From a virus (taxonomy: Duplodnaviria; Caudoviricetes): DNA of 25,019 bases. The translations under genes were made by a program, and so were the position numbers. The DNA lies in IMG/VR virus record IMGVR_UViG_3300005805_000455, positions 1 to 25,019 of that record; one strand, 5' to 3'. Shown here in pieces: positions 1-8,460 of this stretch (positions are counted from its first letter, which is position 1; each line of letters starts with the position of its first letter). The notes below the pieces were generated by a model that was not told the DNA's origin, did not search any database, and saw nothing but the letters and a program-made list of their open reading frames with translations.

Positions 1-486
1 AGCGCTAAAGGCAGCAATATGAGCAGCAGTAGACTCAGGGGTCCCGTTTTTCGAAGATAGGCCCATAATGTACTCATGTTTCTCTCTCATTTCTGTATAC
101 TCTAAGAATTCAGAATATGTTGACTCTGGCATACCTAATGTCTCAATCAAATGGGAGTATGCTGCAACGTGTAATGCTTCTCTTGCTGCAAATCCTAACA
201 ACATCATTCTTACTTCTGGTTGTGCAAAATAAGGTAGATAGTTTTTAACATAACCACCAGCTACGTCAATATCTCCTTGTGTAAAAAATCTAAAGATGTT
301 AGTTAAGAAAGCCTTCTCTTCGGTTGACAGTTTCTGCTTCCAATCCTTCACATCTTCCAACATTGGTACTTCTGTATGGAGCCAATGGCTCTGTTCGTGC
401 TTTAACCATGCCTCATATGCCCAAGGATAGTTAAATGGTTTAAAGTGGTCTCTGTTTTCTGTTAAATCTGTATTTTGTTTTTTCAT
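1..486 (-). CDS. nrdB: Ribonucleotide reductase class Ia beta subunit (runs off left edge; not in ORF track)
   Basis: Manual translation from the ATG at 486, which abuts the nrdA stop: MKKQNTDLTENRDHFKPFNYPWAYEAWLKHEQSHWLHTEVPMLEDVKDW...FRFFTQGDIDVAGGY...AREALHVAAYSHL. It shows di-metal ligands (D, ExxH) and the radical Tyr. Confidence 0.95.
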   Translation of the reverse strand, partial: MKKQNTDLTENRDHFKPFNYPWAYEAWLKHEQSHWLHTEVPMLEDVKDWKQKLSTEEKAFLTNIFRFFTQGDIDVAGGYVKNYLPYFAQPEVRMMLLGFAAREALHVAAYSHLIETLGMPESTYSEFLEYTEMREKHEYIMGLSSKNGTPESTAAHIAAFSA

Positions 487-2283
487 TTATCCCTCGCAAG
501 CCAAACATGCTTCTCCCTCGACGATAGCTTTCATGTCGAGCTCCTTGATTACTTCTCTTTCTATTTTCTTTGATACTTTATCTGCTTTACCAATCTTCTC
601 ACTACGACAGTAATAAAGTGTCTTTAATCCAGCCTTCCATGCCAAGAAATGTACAGCATGCAAATATTTTACATTGACATCCGGTCGAAAGAAGAGGTTA
701 ACGGATTGCGCTTGGTCAATGTAACTTTGTCTGTCAGCTGCGTGCTCCACAATCCATCTTTGGTCAATTTCCATACTCGTCTTAAATACATCCTTGGTCC
801 ACTCGTCAAGGAACTCAAGGTGTTGAACGGATCCATCGTTCGCAATGATACTTGACCAGGTTTCTTCATACCATCCCTCCTTATGTGATTCAGCTTCTTT
901 ACGAATAATTGCATCCAGATACTTGTTCTTGTTTAAGGACGATCCCGATAATGTATCTTGCCTATAAGCATTAGCACGATAAGGCTCAATAGAAGGGCTT
1001 GTGTTGCCCATGATGATTGAACTACTAGCATTAGGAGCCACGGCCATAACATGACTAAAACGAAGCCCAGTGCCAGCAGCATCGGGAGCTTCACCTCTTT
1101 CCGTGCCAAGTTCTTTATTAGCTTCATCTAATCCCTTTCTTATGTGTTTGAACATACGCATATTAGCTGCTTTTGCTATCGCTGATTCAAAAGCAATATT
1201 ATTCCTTTGCAGGTAAGCATGGAAGCCAAGAGCGCCGATACCAATTGAACGCTCTCTTGAAGCAGAGTATTTTGCACGACTAACATGAACAGGGGCGTTA
1301 TCAATAAAATGCTGCAGGACATTATCAAGCATCTCTGCCACGTCTTTGAGAAAAAGTTTATCGTCCTTCCAATCATCATAGTACTCCAAATTGAGCGATG
1401 ATAGGCAACAAACAGCGGTACGTTGTTTGTCTGTTGGTAGGATAATCTCAGAACATAAATTAGACTGCTTGATACTCAAACCAAGTTTCTTTTGAAACTC
1501 TGGCATTGCTTTATTACTTGTGTCAATAAAGTGTAGATATGGCTCTCCAGTCTGCATACGAATATCAAGAATACGCTGCCACATCTCTTTTGCTGAAACT
1601 TCATCTCTTACAGTACCATCATGAGGATCTTTTAATTCCCAAGTATCATCAGCTGTGGGATCCTTCATACACTTTTCAATTAACAACATGAAATCATCAG
1701 TGATGTTGATACCATGATGAAGGTTGAGTGTCCTCATGTTAGGATCACCCGTTGGTTTTCTCATCTCCAAGAATAATAAGATATCAGGATGAGCAATGTC
1801 AAGATAAGCAGCATAGCTACCTCTTCGAGTTCTACCTTGTCTGTAAGCAAGTGAAGAAGCATCATAAGTACGCAAGTGAGGCATAACACCAACAGACTTA
1901 TCATCAGCACTACGTATACCAATTCCAATTCCTACTCCTCCTCCTAACATTGATAACCAATTTACCTCTGCGAGAGTATTGACCAACCCCTCTGCACTAT
2001 CGTCGAGATATGGTAGAAAACAGCTAATAGGGAGACCCCTAGCGCTACGGCCAAAAGAAAGAATGGGAGTAGAATAGCTGAGCCAGTGTCTAGAGCTATA
2101 TTCATACAACCTCTGTGCGTGAGCTTCGTTCGAAGAAAATGCTTTCGATACATATGCAAACCTTTCTTGAGGAGAGTTCTCTTCTTCCTTCATATAACTC
2201 TCTTTTAATCTTTTAATACCTAGATCATCGAATAGACTGTCGCGAGAATAGTCTACCTTGATACCATGAATGATATCTACCAT
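487..2283 (-). CDS. nrdA: Ribonucleotide reductase class I alpha subunit, short form without an ATP cone
   Basis: Motifs PISCF, QSNLCSEI (NxCxE), APNASSS, LKTLYY and C-terminal CxxC (CLACEG). It is adjacent to nrdB. Confidence 0.97.
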   Translation of the reverse strand: MVDIIHGIKVDYSRDSLFDDLGIKRLKESYMKEEENSPQERFAYVSKAFSSNEAHAQRLYEYSSRHWLSYSTPILSFGRSARGLPISCFLPYLDDSAEGLVNTLAEVNWLSMLGGGVGIGIGIRSADDKSVGVMPHLRTYDASSLAYRQGRTRRGSYAAYLDIAHPDILLFLEMRKPTGDPNMRTLNLHHGINITDDFMLLIEKCMKDPTADDTWELKDPHDGTVRDEVSAKEMWQRILDIRMQTGEPYLHFIDTSNKAMPEFQKKLGLSIKQSNLCSEIILPTDKQRTAVCCLSSLNLEYYDDWKDDKLFLKDVAEMLDNVLQHFIDNAPVHVSRAKYSASRERSIGIGALGFHAYLQRNNIAFESAIAKAANMRMFKHIRKGLDEANKELGTERGEAPDAAGTGLRFSHVMAVAPNASSSIIMGNTSPSIEPYRANAYRQDTLSGSSLNKNKYLDAIIRKEAESHKEGWYEETWSSIIANDGSVQHLEFLDEWTKDVFKTSMEIDQRWIVEHAADRQSYIDQAQSVNLFFRPDVNVKYLHAVHFLAWKAGLKTLYYCRSEKIGKADKVSKKIEREVIKELDMKAIVEGEACLACEG

Positions 2284-2301
2284 AAGAACTCCGTTATTAT
2301 T

Positions 2302-2592
2302 TTAATCGCCTATAAATGTATCGTGACTACCAACAACCATTACTTCTCCACAGTCTACTGGATCACCAATCCTTATAGCATCTTTGTTGTTAATAAAAAC
2401 TGTACCAGACCCTCTGTTCATACCCAACCTATGACATGAAGCTCCAACACAATGTATTACAAATTGATCACCTTTCCTCATAGCTCTAATACCATTAACA
2501 AATGTATCTGGACTAGCTTCATTTGATGGTCTCGAAGGATACGGACCATGGCCAGACGTTACATCACCCAACCTACAAGCAGCTCTAGTCAT
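2302..2592 (-). CDS. PAAR-repeat spike-tip protein (T4 gp5.4-like)
   Basis: 96 aa with three PAAR-type repeats (AACRLGD, RAMRKGD, DAIRIGD), FVNG/VFIN strands and His/Cys metal ligands. Confidence 0.88.
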   Translation of the reverse strand: MTRAACRLGDVTSGHGPYPSRPSNEASPDTFVNGIRAMRKGDQFVIHCVGASCHRLGMNRGSGTVFINNKDAIRIGDPVDCGEVMVVGSHDTFIGD

Positions 2593-2601
2593 ATATTATC
2601 C

Positions 2602-3120
2602 CTAATAATAAACAACAGGTCGACCACCAAGCTCATTTCTATCATCAATAGATAATGGTTGCCAATCTTCTGTGAAATCGGCAGCTCCATCTTTGAGAAC
2701 AAATATTATTCCGTTAAAGACAGTAGGACCTGCTGGAATGGTATTATTCAATCCATGGACAGTAAAATCCCATCTTTTAGTCATGTGCGTATTGCTGCCT
2801 AGTATAAATGTGCCTTGAACCGATCCAGGAATGCTTATAGCATTGGGAAATGCTTCAATTGCTTGATATAACGATTTAGTAAGTACTTTGCTAGCTGTAC
2901 CACTAATAATACCAGTTCCACCATCTAACGATAAACCAGGTGGAAGTTCACCTCCAGCTAACACCCATTGACTATCTGCACATGGACAATACTCTTGACC
3001 GCCAGGACTTTGGTAATAATATGTTTCAACAGCTTGGTAATCTTCAAACGTCGTGAAAGTAAAATTGCCAACAAACCCACCTGGTATGGATATTGGTACG
3101 GTGTTATTTAGAATTGGCAT
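2602..3120 (-). CDS. Hypothetical protein with a putative Ig-like (He_PIG-type) segment, probably virion-associated
   Basis: GELPPGLSLDGGTGIISGT is the typical putative-Ig signature. I chose the start at 3120 (MPILNN), a short overlap with the o-spanin end, instead of 3153. Confidence 0.6.
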   Translation of the reverse strand: MPILNNTVPISIPGGFVGNFTFTTFEDYQAVETYYYQSPGGQEYCPCADSQWVLAGGELPPGLSLDGGTGIISGTASKVLTKSLYQAIEAFPNAISIPGSVQGTFILGSNTHMTKRWDFTVHGLNNTIPAGPTVFNGIIFVLKDGAADFTEDWQPLSIDDRNELGGRPVVYY

Positions 3121-3505
3121 TTTCTGGTTCGTAGTATTTTTTGTACTGCTCAATAATCAATCTTTGTGCATTGATAAAGTTTCTTAGTTCTCCAATCATC
3201 ATTGCTAATTTTTGATAATTATCGTCTGTTAATCCAAACAGAACAACATCGTCTCCATTCTCGGCTATTTGTTTCCATACTTCTGGAGCATTTTCAGGAT
3301 GTATTACAACCCACGTTGGTGGCGTCAAGTGTAAAGGTTCTAACGGAGGTAGATTAAGTCTAGTCCTTTCTTCAGCCTTTGTTCTAACCTCAATAGGTTT
3401 TTCTGCTTTACCAAACGGATTAAAACTAGCACAACCACTAAGGCTTGTAATTAGGATTAGCGAGAGAAGGGCATTCTTTGTTAATCTCGGAAGGTGTCTT
3501 TGCAT
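3104..3505 (-). CDS. Outer-membrane spanin lipoprotein (o-spanin, Rz1-like)
   Basis: Signal peptide with lipobox LSGC and a Pro-rich linker. It overlaps the 3' end of the i-spanin gene. Confidence 0.8.
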   Translation of the reverse strand: MQRHLPRLTKNALLSLILITSLSGCASFNPFGKAEKPIEVRTKAEERTRLNLPPLEPLHLTPPTWVVIHPENAPEVWKQIAENGDDVVLFGLTDDNYQKLAMMIGELRNFINAQRLIIEQYKKYYEPENANSK

Positions 3506-3917
3506 TGTTTTCTTGCTCAGTTAGTTTTGCACCAGATGCTATCTCTAAACATCTGACAGCATTGTTGGTGCCTCTATTGATTGCTCGTTTTATACTGTCT
3601 GGTTTTGCTATTGCTAATTCACCAATGTCTCTTGAAGACCCATCGGCGTTTGTGTTAAATCTATTTTGTAAGGAATTTAAATCTTTGTTCTGTGACTGTA
3701 TTGTGTTTGACAGCTCTTTGTTGGCTTGTTGAATTGCTCCAACATCATTTTTAATTTGATCAATAACTGCTTGCTGAACTACAACTGAATTTTCTAACTT
3801 CTTATTGTTTTCTTCTGATACTGCCAACTTAGCCTGCATGGATGTAATATACCATCCAGCACCCAAAATTATAATTAGTATTACAACAATTAAAATTAGT
3901 CTGATTGAGGCGAACAT
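3438..3917 (-). CDS. Inner-membrane spanin (i-spanin, Rz-like)
   Basis: Single N-terminal TM helix, long coiled coil and C-terminal Cys residues. It lies directly upstream of and overlaps a lipoprotein gene. Confidence 0.8.
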   Translation of the reverse strand: MFASIRLILIVVILIIILGAGWYITSMQAKLAVSEENNKKLENSVVVQQAVIDQIKNDVGAIQQANKELSNTIQSQNKDLNSLQNRFNTNADGSSRDIGELAIAKPDSIKRAINRGTNNAVRCLEIASGAKLTEQENNAKTPSEINKECPSLANPNYKP

Positions 3918-4582
3918 AAACTCTCTGTCATTGGAAATATCTTACTTATAACTTTAGCGCATTCAATAGCAACTTCTCGATGCTCTTTTTGTGTTCCATT
4001 TGCACTTCTCAACTGTATATAGTGTATCCAACTTCTCAACGTTCCATTCATGTAAAGTCTGGATTCAATACATCCTTCTGGCAGCACAGCTCGTGCTTGT
4101 TCTTTGGCAATGCCTTTCGAAATAGCCCACGAATAAACATTCTTAGACTGCTCTATAAGCTGTCGTTGAAGATTTTCCCAATGGTATGCTATGTATCTTT
4201 GATCGTCGTTATTAATGTCCAAATCAATAGAATTCTGACGATTTTTTTTGTCTTGCAACCTTGCTTCTCGATAGACAAAATCTAAGTCTTTAGTTGGATC
4301 AGCATAACGCTGACTAAACTCCTGAAAACTAAAAGAACGGTGGCGAAGTATCTGTCTTGCAATGTCTCTTGTGGTAGTGATTTCTAAGCACACACTAACC
4401 ATCTCTAAAGGTGACCAATGCTGATTGTTTATAAGGTACTTAATAAGTTTTTCAGAAGTTTCAGAATTCAGCTGGTTTGATGGATTAGATACTCGCGCAC
4501 AGTATGCAACCAAGTCTTGTAAATCATCTAAAATTAAAAACTCATCAGCTGGTTGTGAATAGCTAACTAAACGAACATTCAT
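3896..4582 (-). CDS. thyX: Flavin-dependent thymidylate synthase
   Basis: ThyX motif RHRSFSFQEFSQRY, plus HWSPLE, ARAVLP and NGTLRSWIHY. Confidence 0.96.
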   Translation of the reverse strand: MNVRLVSYSQPADEFLILDDLQDLVAYCARVSNPSNQLNSETSEKLIKYLINNQHWSPLEMVSVCLEITTTRDIARQILRHRSFSFQEFSQRYADPTKDLDFVYREARLQDKKNRQNSIDLDINNDDQRYIAYHWENLQRQLIEQSKNVYSWAISKGIAKEQARAVLPEGCIESRLYMNGTLRSWIHYIQLRSANGTQKEHREVAIECAKVISKIFPMTESLCSPQSD

Positions 4583-4695
4583 GGTTTACCTCCAAGTGCT
4601 GTAATCAATTCATTAATTTTTTCACATGCTGTACTCTCACTTTGAACCCAGCATCTAATAGCTTTTAATCGCTTTATAAGCTCTCCAACATCCAT
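4579..4695 (-). CDS. Small hypothetical protein (38 aa, not in ORF track)
   Basis: MDVGELIKRLKAIRCWVQSESTACEKINELITALGGKP. The ATG abuts the primase stop and the TGA overlaps the thyX ATG (ATGA), so it fills the gap exactly. Confidence 0.7.
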   Translation of the reverse strand: MDVGELIKRLKAIRCWVQSESTACEKINELITALGGKP

Positions 4696-5709
4696 CTATA
4701 CCCTCTTCCATGCTGTAAACTTTAGAACGGCTTCTAGGTCTGAATACACATTGTCTTTAACAGTTTTTTTAATGTTTATTCCTGCCAAAACCATATCATT
4801 AATGTCTTTCTGTTCAATACTCTGAGGCCAGATTACCACTTTGTATTCTTGATCAATCGTCCTTTTTATAATCTTGCAGACTTCTTTATTTCTTGGCTGG
4901 TTATCAAATATAACAACCAGTTTGTCTTTTGGTAGAGATGTGTGTGTTAGTTTTGCTAATGATGTACCACCTACAGCAATTGCATTATCTAAAAACAAAC
5001 TATCAATTGGACCTTCCACGACAAAAATATCCTGATCCTTTTTGCAAGAATCAAGACCGTAAATTAAAGGTGTATCTTCTTTAACTTTGACTGTTATATA
5101 TCTAAGTGCTTCACCCCTCAATGCCCTGCATGTAACTGCAGCTAACTGATCCTTATCATCATAAAAAGGAAATACAATCCTTGGCTCTTCACCTTTAACT
5201 GACTCTTTATACTTATCATTTAACTGGACGATGTCCTTAATGTTTTCAATGAAATAAATCTGGCTAAACTTGGACTTGGGTATCTTTCTTTTTTCACAAA
5301 ATTGCACAGCCTCGTGAGCAGAATCTAACTTATCAAGTGATGTAAGAATCTTATCTAACAATCGTTCATCTTTAGATTTAAATTGTGGTTGTTCAAACTC
5401 AAACTGAGGTAGACTGTTAGACTTAAAAGGTTTACCGTCTTGATACTCTTCAAACGAATACTCATTGTAAAGGTTAGTATCTAGTTGCTTTAAGAATGTG
5501 CTAAACTGCATTGATGCATCGCAGTTGTGACATTTATACATTAATCGATTCTTACTTGGATAAAAGTATCCTCTTGCCTTGCTAGCTTTCTTTACTGAAT
5601 CTCCACATATAATGCACCTACAGTTATAGGTGTTATCATTCTTTTTAGCAAAGAGTGGTAAGCGGTTACTAATTAATGTTAGGTATTTTTGATCGAGATA
5701 CAATGACAT
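4696..5709 (-). CDS. gp61: DNA primase (T4 gp61-like)
   Basis: Zn finger CIICGD...CHNC and TOPRIM motifs VEGPIDSLF, FDN and KDINDM. Confidence 0.95.
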   Translation of the reverse strand: MSLYLDQKYLTLISNRLPLFAKKNDNTYNCRCIICGDSVKKASKARGYFYPSKNRLMYKCHNCDASMQFSTFLKQLDTNLYNEYSFEEYQDGKPFKSNSLPQFEFEQPQFKSKDERLLDKILTSLDKLDSAHEAVQFCEKRKIPKSKFSQIYFIENIKDIVQLNDKYKESVKGEEPRIVFPFYDDKDQLAAVTCRALRGEALRYITVKVKEDTPLIYGLDSCKKDQDIFVVEGPIDSLFLDNAIAVGGTSLAKLTHTSLPKDKLVVIFDNQPRNKEVCKIIKRTIDQEYKVVIWPQSIEQKDINDMVLAGINIKKTVKDNVYSDLEAVLKFTAWKRV

Positions 5710-5731
5710 AATCTAAGCTCCAGAGGCTTAA

Positions 5732-5761
5732 ATTATAACTGCAAAAGGGGGGATTTTACAA
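5732..5761 (-). promoter_or_regulatory. Sigma70-like promoter upstream of the primase
   Basis: Minus strand TTGTAA-18 bp-TATAAT in the intergenic gap, followed by GGAG and the ATG at 5709. Confidence 0.6.
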
Positions 5762-6112
5762 CTAGAAAAGACTATCTAACTTTACGTGAGCCAGGAAGTA
5801 ACCAAGCACAAGTGCACCACCCATTAACATAAAACGCCACTTTTCAATACTATCAATACGTTTATTTAACTGCTGGCTATGTTGGTTAGATGACTCACTA
5901 TGCTCTTCTATTTTTTTAATTACCTTTTCTTGCTTGCTTTCAAAGTCAGTACGAAGGTCATCACGCAAGTCGCTTATGCGCGAATGAAGGACAGCATAAT
6001 TGTTATCAATCTTACTTTCAAGTTTATCTACATTGGTAGTCAAAATATTCATATTGTTTTCCAATACAGATAGCCTTGTCTTATCACTTTGATTGCTTTT
6101 TGCTGGTTCCAT
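5762..6112 (-). CDS. Coiled-coil protein with a C-terminal transmembrane helix
   Basis: Heptad-like helix ending in WRFMLMGGALVLGYFLA. The likely start is 6112 (MEPAKS); the ORF track gives 6172. Confidence 0.65.
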   Translation of the reverse strand: MEPAKSNQSDKTRLSVLENNMNILTTNVDKLESKIDNNYAVLHSRISDLRDDLRTDFESKQEKVIKKIEEHSESSNQHSQQLNKRIDSIEKWRFMLMGGALVLGYFLAHVKLDSLF

Positions 6113-6293
6113 TCTGCTTTGGCTTTCTTGTTCTTCTTTGGCCGGCTGTTGTTTTAGCTGGTGGAGGCTCAACTTTGATATCCTTTGGAATGTTTACTAC
6201 AGGCTCTTTTCTAACCTCTGGTTGTTGCTTAAAGTCAAGAAAAACTAGTGATCTAAGAAAGTTTTTAATTTGTTCCAACATTTTGTACCTCAC
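6084..6293 (-). CDS. Small basic hypothetical protein
   Basis: 69-aa ORF packed between its neighbours with short overlaps; Lys/Arg/Pro-rich tail. Confidence 0.55.
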   Translation of the reverse strand: MRYKMLEQIKNFLRSLVFLDFKQQPEVRKEPVVNIPKDIKVEPPPAKTTAGQRRTRKPKQNGTSKKQSK

Positions 6294-6813
6294 TTCGTCT
6301 ATAAAGTTTTTTACGTTTGCGTTGAGCGCTCACAGGAACACCAACAGTATCAGGTGTAAAACCAGCTACACCAGGAGTACCAGCATTGTTGGCTGGTATT
6401 TCTTCCATAAACTGCCTGAAAGTCAAAGTATACTTATTGTTTGTGTATTCTTCAACAAACTGCATTTCTTCTGTAAGAGGTGTTTTAAGTTTATCTAAAA
6501 ACTGTTGCTCTAAATCTAAAGGCTCTTTGTCAGCATGTGCATGCTCTTTAATTAAAGCCAATGCAGCTGCAAAAGACACTAACTTTTTATTTTCAATGGG
6601 TACTTTTTCTACAATCTTTTTAAGTCTAAAGATCATACGATGAAGAATAGTATATGCATCACGCTCAGCTGTTGTATTAAGCTGAGCCATCTTCTTTAAT
6701 TCTTTACCTTTAGCATCGATGATACCATAACGATATGCGTCGGTATCAGCAAATGGGATTACCAAAAGTCTAAGAATTCTATAAGCAATCAACGAGTCAA
6801 CAAAACGTGTCAT
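6265..6813 (-). CDS. Hypothetical T4-like phage protein
   Basis: 182-aa ORF, TAATG-coupled to the upstream gene. It resembles conserved hypotheticals of aquatic T4-like phages (from recall, unverified). Confidence 0.75.
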   Translation of the reverse strand: MTRFVDSLIAYRILRLLVIPFADTDAYRYGIIDAKGKELKKMAQLNTTAERDAYTILHRMIFRLKKIVEKVPIENKKLVSFAAALALIKEHAHADKEPLDLEQQFLDKLKTPLTEEMQFVEEYTNNKYTLTFRQFMEEIPANNAGTPGVAGFTPDTVGVPVSAQRKRKKLYRRSEVQNVGTN

Positions 6814-7172
6814 TAAATCTTCCTTAAACTCTCTAAAACCTTTTCGTCTTGAACTATCAACATATTATCTGGTGGCATCACATTTAAATACATTAAAAAA
6901 GACTTTAACTGTGACCAATGCTTTTTATCTATCTTAAGAAACAACATTTCTGTTGCAGCATTGACTCCAAACAAATTATAAATTACAACTAGATGATTAA
7001 GGATTAATCTTTCTTTCAACCCACTACCAGCTTTATACTTTCTGAATAATCTTTTTAAATATCTAAACTTTTTAAGATCATCCTGAAACTCATTTAATCC
7101 TTTACAATTAGGATTGTCATAATGTTTCATAGCATATAATACAAAATTATCTTCAGTCAACTCAAGAAGCAT
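6813..7172 (-). CDS. Hypothetical T4-like phage protein
   Basis: 119-aa ORF (LTEDNFVLYAMKHYDNPNC...ERLILNHLVVIYNLFG), tightly packed with its neighbours. Confidence 0.8.
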   Translation of the reverse strand: MLLELTEDNFVLYAMKHYDNPNCKGLNEFQDDLKKFRYLKRLFRKYKAGSGLKERLILNHLVVIYNLFGVNAATEMLFLKIDKKHWSQLKSFLMYLNVMPPDNMLIVQDEKVLESLRKI

Positions 7173-7173
7173 A

Positions 7174-7620
7174 TTAATAGGTTACGTTTGCCGTACCTCC
7201 AATAACATACCATTTATTATTTGTATAAAGCAGTTGTGCAGTATCACCCGAATTATCAAACCTAACATTACCAGAAGCAGCAACATTAGCGCTATTAACT
7301 GTGTAAGACCCACCAGCCGTTGATATAAGCATTACAATTTTTACTTGACCATTGGTGCCTTGTGGGAGTTGAAGAGCTCCCCCAGTAGCATCAGCTGTGA
7401 GATGAGTAATAGGTGTAGTTAAAGAAATAAGACCAGGTGAAGAAAGTGTTTGAGGTGTTCCACCAATGTTAATATTGCCTGAAAGTGTAACATTACCAGC
7501 ATTGGCAAAGAAAGTACCAGCTGTAACTTTCTTGCTGGTATTTGATTGAATTAAATATAAAACATCGCTACCCCCAACGGAGGTAGCGGATGTTAACGCA
7601 GATACTTTTGAATCAGCCAT
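7174..7620 (-). CDS. Putative virion structural protein (beta-rich)
   Basis: N-terminus MADSKVSALTSAT is of a type seen in phage fibre/structural proteins. G/S/T/N-rich, ending in WYVIG. Confidence 0.65.
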   Translation of the reverse strand: MADSKVSALTSATSVGGSDVLYLIQSNTSKKVTAGTFFANAGNVTLSGNINIGGTPQTLSSPGLISLTTPITHLTADATGGALQLPQGTNGQVKIVMLISTAGGSYTVNSANVAASGNVRFDNSGDTAQLLYTNNKWYVIGGTANVTY

Positions 7621-7623
7621 CTA

Positions 7624-8460
7624 TTAAAGGATGGTAATTGTAGCATTGCCGGATGTGTTGGAATCAGCACCACCATCACCGTTAATGATTACAAAGTAGG
7701 AGTATCCATTCTTACCAGACACGTTAGAAATAGCTAATGTATCTGTTGTTGTATCAGAGTACACACCCGCATTTGTTAGAGCATAGATGTGAGTTGTGTT
7801 GTTCTCATACCACTGATACGTAATTGTGGCACCAACAGGATCAGAAGTAGCAGTTACTTCAAATGTAGCAGACCCAAGGTTAGCTAGGTAGTCTGTTACA
7901 TTAGCTGGCTGAGCTGTGAAATAAAGTAGATAATCAGCTGCAACTGTATCATCAGCAGCGTCTGTACCTGCACCAGTTCCAAATAACTCATTTGTGCTGT
8001 TAGCAGCAAAGTTCTTAGACATTGCAACTAAAACTTCAGACTTGTTTCTAACCTGTGAAAGTGCATCTGTATAAGTTGTGTAATGAATCCAACCAGTATG
8101 GCTTGCAACACCACGAGCTTTATTCTCAGCTACTGTTATTTCGTTTCTGTCAATTCCATAAACATTCTGGATTGAAGTATTGTTTGCTGGGAACGCAACG
8201 TTGGCAACATACTTGGGACCCTGCTGTACAAAGGCCTTAACGTTTGCTGAATTTGTTGCAGCAACGTTTGTGATGTAAAATTGTGAATCAGAAACAACAT
8301 TTTGTACTTGGTATTTGTTAGATGCAATAGTAACATAATCACCTGCATTTACATTACCAACAAATGTTGAAGAGTTAAATCCATTAACTAGGTCAGTAGT
8401 AGTTGTTGTTGTAACGGTTCCGGCAAGGATTACGTTATCTAAATTTCCCCATGAGGACAT
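7624..8460 (-). CDS. Putative virion protein with a C-terminal Ig-like domain
   Basis: FTAQPANVT...ATFEVTAT...ITYQWY...TLAISNV...GYSYFVII...SGNATITI is an Ig-fold pattern. Strong SD (GGAG). Confidence 0.7.
   Translation of the reverse strand: MSSWGNLDNVILAGTVTTTTTTDLVNGFNSSTFVGNVNAGDYVTIASNKYQVQNVVSDSQFYITNVAATNSANVKAFVQQGPKYVANVAFPANNTSIQNVYGIDRNEITVAENKARGVASHTGWIHYTTYTDALSQVRNKSEVLVAMSKNFAANSTNELFGTGAGTDAADDTVAADYLLYFTAQPANVTDYLANLGSATFEVTATSDPVGATITYQWYENNTTHIYALTNAGVYSDTTTDTLAISNVSGKNGYSYFVIINGDGGADSNTSGNATITIL

Noticed and set aside
649-2159. Short alternative-frame ORFs inside nrdA
   Set aside because: They are fully nested in a conserved gene and show no RBS or protein-like motifs; shadow ORFs.
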